The notes beneath the pieces were generated by a model. That model did not search any database. It saw nothing but the letters and a program-made list of their open reading frames with translations, and was not told the origin of the DNA. Below, piece after piece: positions 54,477 through 64,000 of a stretch of 64,000 bases of DNA. The stretch lies in the NCBI GenBank assembly GCA_040954595.2, contig CM082587.2, positions 3,232,275-3,296,274 on the forward strand, in the 5' to 3' direction. Within the stretch, counting starts at the first letter, position 1. The number at the start of each line of letters is the position of its first letter. A program made the position numbers and the translations under genes. Source of the DNA: Balanoglossus misakiensis. Its lineage: Eukaryota; Animalia; Hemichordata.

Positions 54477-56266
54477 ACACCTGTATGAACAACTATTAGA
54501 AGAAATATATTCACTTAATGAGAATGTGACAGCATGGTGTGTTCCCATATTGCTTTCCATCTCACTTATTCAAGTGGCTTCTACGAGCAAGCTTACCAGG
54601 TTAACATGCGTCATGAAGTTACTAGAATCTACTCTCATGATATGCAAACAGACTAAAGCCAAACCAGACACCAAATGATTGTGAAAAATTGCTCAATTTC
54701 CACAAATGCCTGGTTTATAGGGGACCCTTTGACATACATGTAGTCCTAATAAAAGTCTAGAAAGTGTTTTTTAAGCTTGCTCCCCACACATGATATATAC
54801 ATGTATATTACTTGCACAGCACACAACTCCAAGAGGACTACCTGGTATCCTTGAGAGTCAAAAGCCTGCGCTATACAGCATGAAGCAGTAACTGCACCTA
54901 CAGGACAAAATGTAGTCAGTAAGTCTGCACATGAGTTTGTCAATAGCAGGTAGTTGATTCATAGGAGAAAAAATGTTAGATTTACTGGGGCTTTATTTTG
55001 GTGATAGATACGGTATATTATTAATTTTGCCAGGTTTCCCAACCATTACAATCTCCCTCTGTTGTATTGTGCTACGTGATCTTTTCAGTGAAATACTCAT
55101 TGCCCTATGTTTCCTGATCTGTGTAATCTCAGTAAAACATGTTCTAGCAAGCATTAATGCATCATGAACAATGAGAAAAAAAATGTGCGGAGGTTGAATA
55201 CTCATCATAAACAATAGACATTTTCTATAACTGCAGCTTTGCATGCATATAATGCCGGGTACACTGTAAACCTCTAAAGCTTTCATGTTTCATCTTGTTA
55301 TTTCATATTTTATTTTGCACAACTATGAATAGAACATTCTGAATGCTGACCAAGATTTTATCTGCCACAATCAAATCTGGGTCACTGCAAATCTGGGTCA
55401 CACTCATGCAACAACAGCCGAGTCTTGTTATTATTTCCCTCAATTTTCTCTCTCTTTGAGTTTGCCTCCTGGTCGAGTCGGGTTTATTGTAACCATGGTA
55501 ACGGTACACTTGGGCCGTATGCCGAAGCCCCCATGATTGTACACTGGAGTGGGTTGCAATCACGGATAAATCTTACAGTTACACATGGTTATTAAACTAC
55601 GGTATATGGTGGACGCACTTGTACTCTCACAGTCAGTGAAACTGCAAGTGTAAAATCATATCCAAACTCGAGATCATGTACAACAGTGTAACGATTTTAT
55701 AATCAACAGCGTATGTTAAACAAACCTTTCGACACTTCGCTCAGCCTGCAACTTGCTTTAATGTCTCCTCATCATATCCTTTCTCGGATTTATATATTGA
55801 ATATTGTTTGTAATTATATATACGAAGTTCACGCCAGACACAAACGGTGGTGGCGCTCCAACTTCCGTTTCAGGAGTGACCCAGTTCCCCTAACTTTATG
55901 AGAACTTGTATTTGCGTGCAATCGTGTGGTTCTCATAGCTTTTCAAAAATATATCGTATTTTATCATATGTTTCACGTGTTTAGTCACAGTCCCTCTATT
56001 ATCAGCCTTGCCGTCGGTAGAAACATGCATGCTTCCTCCAACAATCCACTGTATGATTTAATGTTCACAATTCAAAAGTTAGGCTACATATGTTGCTTCC
56101 TGTAAATCACTGGTTTATATATATTTTGCAGAGGATGGGGGGTTTGAGGTCAATATTTTCGGATCTAGACAGATATGATCGTCGCGTTTTGACCTATGAT
56201 CTATTGAACAGTTGAGCGGTTAAGCTAACACTGTCAAGATATATACGAAGGCCAAATGCGCCCCTA

Positions 56267-58544
56267 ATGTTCCACTGCAAAAGAACCATGTTCAAATTGT
56301 CTCTTGTAGTCTTGGCAACAGCAGCTCTGATTGGGTATTGGTTGTACTCGGGGATTGGTACAGGACTTTTGTTTCAGAATATTCTTTGGAATCGGCATAA
56401 TCTCGAAACACTCGTGGTTGACAGACTGCACTATGACTTGAGAAGCCATGAATTTACTTTGAAGAAGTCTGTCGACGGAACTGCCGTTTTGCAAGGCACT
56501 TTGGGAGAGTACTTCGATGACACAGAGGTACGGGAGTGTGAAAGCACTTTGCAAAACGGTTTCAGTCACTGCGCGGAGTTCCCACTCCAAGCTCGGCTGA
56601 GGATACTACACCAGCCCTCATCTGGAAACACAGACTGTTATGTCATTGCCTGGGAAGCTCTTGCCGGTGATGTTTGCCCACAAGATTGTCTAGATCTCTC
56701 GGATAGCCACTGGTATGGTGGCTCGGAGTTACTGCACCAGCACTGGCCAATCGAGAAGTCAAGCGTCCCTATGCAACCGTACCAGACCGCCGACGCCGGG
56801 CTCATACGCAATAAAACCACTTACGGGGGATTTCTCGAGAGATTTTTCGTGAATTCGAAAGGAGTCGGCGTCTTTGTCGACAGCTCAGTCCACTTGCACG
56901 CTAGCATAAACGAGAAGGGGGATGCAAAACTGTGCATCAAATCGAAAAGCTATGGCGACAGTTACCATGGGAACAAAGATTCAGATTTGAGATACACACT
57001 CTGTGTGGGCAATAATGTCAAAGATGTGTACACCTTCATGTCGCAGGAGTACCTGGACAACCCAGAAGGGATCCCCGACGAACGGATGTTCCGTTCCCCG
57101 ATTTGGTCAACGTGGGCCAGGTACAAAACCGCGGTCAACCAGACGAAAGTGATGAGCTTTGCTCACGAAATCAAAAGCCGCGGTTTCTCCAACAGCCAGA
57201 TCGAGATAGACGACATGTGGTCGCCGGCCTACGGCGATTTCGAGTTTTCTGGCGACAAATTTCCCGACGCACGGGGGATGGTTTCCGCCCTGCATGCCAT
57301 GGGATTTCGAGTCACCGCCTGGGTTATCCCTTTCACGGATTTGGATTCCAAAGCCTACAGAGAAGGGCGAGAGAAGGGCTACCTGGTCGCGGACAACAGC
57401 GAAATGCCGGTGCTAACAAACTGGTGGCAAGGCGTCGGTGCAATGATTGACTTTACAAACCCAGACGCCTGCCAATGGTTCCTTGGCAGACTTGATAAAT
57501 TGAGAGAAGTCGTTGGATTAAATTCTTACAAGATTGACGCCGGCGAAACTAATTTTCTTCCCGCCTCGATCAAGACCCACCGACTTCTGACAGACCCCGG
57601 CGACTACACAAAGTACTACGTCGACTGCGTCGCGAGACTGGGTCGCCAGATTGAGGTTCGCACCGGGTATCGAACTCAGAAGTATGCCGTCCACCAGAGG
57701 ATGTTTGACAAGGACTCGACGTGGGGCTACGACAACGGGCTGAGAACGGTGATCCCGACCGCCTTGGTGATGGGCGTCATCGGCTACCCGTTCACCCTCC
57801 CCGACATGATCGGCGGCAACGCCTACCACCCCGTCGACATCTCGATTACCGTCTTCCCGGAGAGGGAGCTCTTCATCCGGTGGATGCAGCTCACCGCTTA
57901 CCTGCCGTCCATGCAGTTCTCCCTGTCGCCATGGCAATATGACGACGAAGTGGTTGACATGGCGCTGAGGTTGGTTCAGGTTCACGAGGACGTGGTGGCG
58001 CCGATTGTGTTGAAAGCAGCCAGAGAGGCAACTGTGGCAGGTGCGTGTATCATGATAATAGTTCAGAGCACAGTTTCTGGAAACCAAAGGATGAAATTGA
58101 ACTTGAAGACAGTCGTACATCTGAAATAAATTTGAAATGGCTCTATTTGCGTTCCGAAGCATAGACTAACTTTTGCAAAACATCTAAGTTATATCCTAAA
58201 CTATGATATTCACACAGATTTATATTCTGAAAATTGGTTTATGTTCAGTGGAGAAAAAATTGACGTGTGTGCCTTGGTTTTCAGGTACACCGATCATCCG
58301 ACCGCTTTGGTGGATTTCCCCGGAAGACGAAGTTGCCCTAACAACGGATTCCGAGTTTCTCGTGGGTGACGATCTGTTGGTTGCTCCCATTCTCGACAGG
58401 GGTGGTCGAAGTCGTGATATCTACCTGCCGAACGGTCAATGGACAGACGACCTGCGCGGTGGCCAACACACAGGAGCGACGTGGCTGAATGACTACACAA
58501 TCGATTTGCATGAGATCGCCACTTTCACAAGGGTCAAGAAATAG
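56267..58544 (+). CDS. MYORG: MYORG-like GH31 glycosidase paralog 1, 2 coding exons, 677 aa, catalytic residues intact
   Basis: Exons 56267-58040 and 58285-58544 (phase 1). N-terminal TM anchor; motifs HWYGG, PIWSTWARYK, QIEIDD, nucleophile YKIDAGE (GAC 57536-57538), EVR, acid/base RMFDKDS, LPDMIGGN, PIIRPLWW, FLVGDDLLVAPI. Confidence 0.95.
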
Positions 58545-59766
58545 CTTGCAAAAAAAATAATGTCGTGATCTCACTGTGATGTCCACAGAGGGAGATGGGG
58601 TGAAATGAGTGGCCTATTATTAATTTATACACAGAAAATGATGTTATTTCAATATAAATGTATTTTACTGAAGGCACGGGGATGACAAATGGTTTACAGT
58701 ACAATGTACTTGCTGATGCTCTGGCAACAGAAACTTTTGCGAAATATACTTGAGGGCATAAGTCTGGGGTCATATCACTGATGCGAGAACTTCAGGCTGG
58801 AGTACGTGCAGCGTTCTGTCAGGCGTATGTCGTGTCAGTTATACAGCTGTCTATTGGTCAATACGCATACACATGTAATAAAGATGACAATTTTGCGCAA
58901 ATAGGTCACTGCAATACAAACTAAAACCGCATTCATGAATACGTACGAAAATGTGTATGTTTCTGCGCTTGCCCAAATCATATGCGTTCTGGTTGACTTT
59001 TGCCTTCAATCGCAATGGTGAAGTCCAACACTTGTGCAAAATTTACGCGACCCGAGGCAAATGTCATGTAAGAGAAAACACTACTCGGCTATTAAAATAC
59101 AACTTGAAGCATTTCTATGATATGCGTCATAAAACTCATTATAAAATTCTTTGTTTAAATGAAAAATAACGTAAAATCAGTTTGTCATATTTGGTTATGT
59201 ACAGTCATACAAAAATAATGACTATGCAAAGTACTGTAGGTGCAATGTACATAGGCGGAGGTCTTGTCCGAATACTGGGACGCATGCAACAGAAACTGAA
59301 TGATGTATGAATAAACATCAATAACTTGCGTGGGCAATAGAAAAAAAAATCTCATTGCAGTCTTTGTCAGACTAAAATCAATTAAAATCAGAAGCAAACT
59401 GACCGAGCACCAAAAATAGGGATTTAATATGCCCGTGCTCTTAGACTTTCTCCTCCAAGAACCATGCATTAAAAATATTAGACCATAGTGGTAGCACACG
59501 TTCTGACTATGATTCAGGTCACTCCGATATCTTGTTATTGCTTTATCGTTGATTAGAATTATGGTAATATGGTCGGATTAAAAAAATATGCAAGATAGGT
59601 AACTGTTGTAAGTGGGAATAGGACGATCCACTGTGAAATTGGGACTGGGTGCCATACGATCGTTACTCACTGTTGTATATCAACCCTCATTTTCACTCTG
59701 TGGTTTTCACCCACTTTCACGGCATTCACAGACATGTGATGTCTTCTACACTCTATCACGCCAGCT

Positions 59767-61974
59767 TTACTGCTCTTCCCTGGTAAACGTCGCAATCTCG
59801 GACAGCTTTACCCTATAGTCCCTAAGCCAGCGTTCGCCCTCGAAGTACCCTCCCCGGAGGCCGTCCCGCCATTTCCCCGGGGGCAAGTACACGTCCCGTT
59901 CCCTGGCCCCTTTATCCAGGATCGGCGCCACCATGAGGTCGTCGCCGACCAGGAACTGGTCGTCAGACTTCAGCGCGTTAGGGTCATCCGGGGCAATCCA
60001 CCACAGAGGTCGAATTATTGGTGACCCTGAATTGAATAGAAATGTAGAAACGAATAAAATATACAAGAAAATATATATGCTTGAAAACGGGATCAAGCGT
60101 CAAAACCCTCTCTTTGCAACTTTTAAAAAATCACCCCCCCCCCCAAATGTGGTCTCATTTAGTAGCGGCATTATAGCCTCACCTGTTTCCACGGCTTGTG
60201 CGGCAGCCTTTAACATGACAGAGGCGAGATTTTCGTGGACATGGACCATTTCTTTGGCGATGTTGAAAACCTCGGCGTTGTACTCCCACGGGCAAATTGA
60301 AAATGTCATCACAGGTAAATATGCGGCCAGTTGGACCCATCGGATGAGCAGCTCCCTCTCTGGCAAGACAGCCTTTCCCCTCCAATCACGTTCGGCGCCG
60401 TTCCCGCCAACTATTCCCGGCGCCACGAACGGATACCCCACAATTCCAGCCACGAAGGTGGCAGGGATTATCGACTTCAGCCCGTTGTCGTACCCCCATC
60501 GCCCGAATCTGTCGTAAAGTTTCACAAAGATGGGGAGGTTTTGAGTTCTGTGGGCGGTCTGTACATCAACCGTTCCTCCGAGTCTGGCGGCCATCTGGAC
60601 GTATTTGGTGCTGTACTCGTTGGGCGTGCGAAGTCCGTGCTGAACAACGTAACTTTCCGGTAGATAGTACACCTCTCCCGCCCCGAATTTAAATGTATCT
60701 ATACCGATTTCGTGCCGTAGCTTTTCCAGTCGGCCAACAAACCAATCCACCGCTTCATTGTTGGTGACGTCCAAGACCACGCAAAGGTCTGAATGGAAAC
60801 AGCTGATCACGGCCGGCGCACGCCCTTTGCCATCCTTGAGCCAGTAGTCGCGTTCCAGACCCACACCAAACGCCTCGGAATTCAGACTGGCAAACGGGGT
60901 GACCCACACACTCACGGTGGTGACCCCCATGCTGTGCAAACGATCGGTCATGCCCCGGGCATCGGGGAATTTCACCGGGTCGAATTCGAAATCCCCGTAA
61001 ACGCTCTCCCAGCCATTGTCGATGTGCAGGTGTCCCATGGGAAACCAGTTGCTGCTCACGTCGTCTGCAAGTTGAAGTACCCGGCTTTGGTTGACATCCG
61101 TCCGGTACTTGGCCCAGGTTGACCACACGGGATTTCTGAACAAGTCTGCGGAGGGGGCCTGTGTAGGACGATTGAAGTGTCTCTGCGACATGAACTGGTG
61201 AATGGTTCTGACGTTGTTCCCCAAGCACACCTGGTACTTTAACCTCAAGAAGGTGTCATCGGGGTTGTTGTAGAGTTTCGAATCATACGCTGTTTTGAGA
61301 CACAGCATCTGGTCGTCGTTGTTGGTGCTCACGTGGAGGGGGATGAAGTCATTGACCTTCACAGCAACTCCGCGAGAGTTCACCCAGTACCGCTCCACGA
61401 TGGAACCGAAACGGGTCGTCACCGACGCCTGCATCGGCATCTGGACGGTTTCGATCGGCCAGTGCTGAAAGAAAGACTCCGACCCGCCAAACCAATGTGC
61501 GTCCGCCATGTGCAGACAGTCCATAGGTATCACATCACACGCCAGAGAGGTCCATTCGATATCATAACAATCGATCAAATCGTACACTGAGTGAGCGATG
61601 GTGAGTTTGATCTTGTCTTCAACCTTCATGCAGACAGCATCGACAATATCCTCCGAATCCGTCTGCCTGAAGTCGCACTCTGTAAAACCTTCTTCAAAGG
61701 TCATACCTAAGCCATACGTGGCACGTAGCCTCTCCGTGTGCGAACGGTTCTTAACAACGAACTGGCCGCTGGTGGAATCAAGTATCATGTTGCCAACGAT
61801 CAGAGTATGGATTCCAACAGGGTTCAGGTCCTGTCTGCTCTCCTGAGAGCCAAGCCTTCCGGACGAGCACGGTATCTGGTACCAGCTAAGTAAAGACACG
61901 GTAAAAATGACGATAATGGCGAGAATAATCTTGGGAAGGTGTCCCAAGTTCGCGGCTTTCGTTGCTGCAGTCAT
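59767..61974 (-). CDS. MYORG: MYORG-like GH31 paralog 2, 2 coding exons, 683 aa, predicted catalytically inactive
   Basis: Exons 61974-60183 and 60026-59767 (same phase-1 intron and same 260-nt last exon as paralog 1). TM anchor and PVWSTWAKY present; nucleophile motif reads FKFGAGE. Confidence 0.92.
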
Positions 61975-62891
61975 TTTCAGACCTTCTCCAGACTCAGCTG
62001 CATGCCTCCTAAGTTCAATCAATGACACGACAAAAGACTCCGGTCACCTGCCTCGGTTGGGACGTCGACTTCATCTACCCGGTCTGGCGGATTTATGATG
62101 CCCTTCCGTTCGCTCCCGACCCGTTTCGGCGCACCTACGTCAAAATCCTTGGCTCATAGACCTGTATACCGATTGGTAACCTCTCCATGTAATACCCTTC
62201 GCGCATTCTTTAGCCCGGAAGCGTCAAGCTACAGTCGCAGTCTAGTCTGTGACTTGCAGACTAGCTGTGAACTCGTGTGACCTCAGTTGATCTCGTTATC
62301 AAGTCTCGCCGCCTCACACGAGACTTCATAACAAAGAGACTTCAATATTGCCGACAGCGAGCTTTGTGTGGATAATCAGAGTTTCTAAATGCGACAGCAC
62401 GAAATGCTTCCCAAATGTAAATTTGTAATTGTAGTCATTTCAAGTATAGCTCGAAGAATGGCTTGATTATTCGATTTGTATTGTATGACAGTACGTTTGA
62501 AGTGAGTGAGACCCAAGTACTCGCAAAGAATAAAGTCTACGACAAAGGTAAATAAAGTATGTTTACTCCGAACGATAAGCAAAAGCGAGGCTCAAAATAT
62601 TAACCATAAATTTCTCTCAGACAAATTTCATATGACAGGCATCGATAGCAATCCCACGAATGGGAACTGACGCACTGACATGTCACGGTCGCTCAAGGTC
62701 AGAGTTCACTGATGACATATTAACTAGCTTAAAATCTTTTCATGCAGCGGTAACACGCTTCTCTTACGATATTGCAATTTACGGGGATTTCTCGTCACAG
62801 GAGAACAAAGTACCAACACAGGTAACGAGGTAGTGCTTAAGACTTTGCTTTTATGAATCACCGTGTCTGTTATATGTCTTGATATCTCGCC

Positions 62892-64000
62892 ATGGCCAAG
62901 TCGGCTGTGCTGGTGCTAATCATTGCCATGGGAACGTGGTACTATTGGCCTCTTCTGGAAAAGTGGAGTGTCTTATTGGTTGATTACATTACTGGCAATG
63001 CCGTGCATTTCGACTTTGATGAAGGCACCCAGAAGATCGCCGTAAGAAATATCGAAGGCGAAGACGTGTTGCACATCAGGTTGGGGCAAAGGTCGGACCT
63101 TAATCAAGGGTCGGCCTCTTGTCCCCTGACCCCGAACGATGCGGACGTTTGCTTGGATTTTGACTGCGGTATGCAGTTGACGTTACGGGAGGAGACGAAC
63201 GATGGCGTCCTGTGCCTCGACGTCAAATGGCAAGCCACCAGACAAGGCGTGATACCGTCGGATTGTCTCGAGCTCGCCGGTGCTCACTGGTACGGCGGCA
63301 GTGGGATGTACCACCAGCGCTGGCCAATCGAGGAACTGGACGCTCCCATGCAGCCGTACGTGTCCTCTGACATCCTCCAAGATATCCACGGACAATTCAG
63401 GCGAAATTACGGATCGGTGATCGAGCGGTACTGGATAAACTCTCGCGGCGTGGGCATCGCCGTCGATAACTCCGTACCCTTGCACGTGAGCATCAACGAA
63501 GACAACGACGGACTGATGTGCTTTGAGGCCGAGTATGAAGAGTCGCCGTACCAGTACCAGAGCCAGAATAAATTCCCATTTCTGAGCTACCGTGTCTGCG
63601 CAGGTGACAACGTCAGAAACATCCACGAGTTCCTTTCCGATCGCTTATTCGATAAGCCCGATGGTATCCCGGACGAAAGAATGTTCAGGTCCCCCATCTG
63701 GTCGACCTGGGCGCGCTACAAGATGGACATCAACCAATCGACGGTGGTCAACTTTGCACGCGAGATAAAGAGATTCGGTTTCTCCAACAGCCAGATTGAA
63801 ATCGACGACATTTGGTCCCCCACCTACGGCGATATTAAATTCGTCAAGGAAAAGTTTCCCAACCCAGCCCTGATGGTTGCTACGCTGCAGCGTCTGGGTT
63901 ACCGGGTGACCGCTTGGGTCACGCCCTTTGCTAACACCGACTCCGAAGCATACGCCGAAGGGATGCGAGAGGGTTACTGGGTGATGGACTGCTCGGGAGA
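62892..64000 (+). CDS. MYORG: MYORG-like GH31 paralog 3, 5' part (runs off window; absent from the ORF track)
   Basis: gccATGg at 62892 after an in-frame stop; MAKSAVLVLIIAMGTWYYW anchor; HWYGG, ERYWINSRG, RMFRSPIWSTWARYK, QIEIDD, RVTAWVTPF; open to the window end. Confidence 0.93.
   Translation, partial: MAKSAVLVLIIAMGTWYYWPLLEKWSVLLVDYITGNAVHFDFDEGTQKIAVRNIEGEDVLHIRLGQRSDLNQGSASCPLTPNDADVCLDFDCGMQLTLREETNDGVLCLDVKWQATRQGVIPSDCLELAGAHWYGGSGMYHQRWPIEELDAPMQPYVSSDILQDIHGQFRRNYGSVIERYWINSRGVGIAVDNSVPLHVSINEDNDGLMCFEAEYEESPYQYQSQNKFPFLSYRVCAGDNVRNIHEFLSDRLFDKPDGIPDERMFRSPIWSTWARYKMDINQSTVVNFAREIKRFGFSNSQIEIDDIWSPTYGDIKFVKEKFPNPALMVATLQRLGYRVTAWVTPFANTDSEAYAEGMREGYWVMDCSG

Noticed and set aside
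58041-58129. C-terminal tail of the 620-aa ORF (likewise 60100-60182 of the 642-aa ORF)
   Set aside because: Read-through into introns; splicing restores the conserved G-x-PIIRPLWW domain
57518-60517. Long ORFs 57518-58162(-) and 59933-60517(+)
   Set aside because: Antisense shadows of GC3-rich MYORG coding exons
1-64000. CRISPR arrays, tRNA/rRNA genes, prokaryotic operons
   Set aside because: None seen; the DNA is eukaryotic with spliceosomal introns

Overview
Intron-containing animal genomic DNA, moderately AT-rich. Gene content and repeats suggest an invertebrate deuterostome, possibly a hemichordate (inference). Left to right: a possible first coding exon (MGCKPS...) of a gene running off the left edge; a two-exon gene for a 115-aa secreted neuropeptide-type precursor with a disulfide-bridged peptide I cannot assign (minus, ~8.75-10.3 kb); a ~31-kb stretch with no recognisable gene, holding a decayed L1/Tx1 LINE and a ~420-nt element that folds extensively and preferentially as the minus-strand RNA (39.7-40.1 kb); two tandem intronless rhodopsin-class GPCRs; a 6-exon METTL24-like gene tail-to-tail with a 14-exon kynurenine aminotransferase (KYAT1/3); and three MYORG-like GH31 glycosidase paralogs (+,-,+; last one truncated). 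The middle paralog has lost its catalytic nucleophile. Best candidates for novelty: the structured RNA, the neuropeptide precursor and the GH31 pseudoenzyme. Exon structures and helices were derived by hand; no database search or folding program was run.
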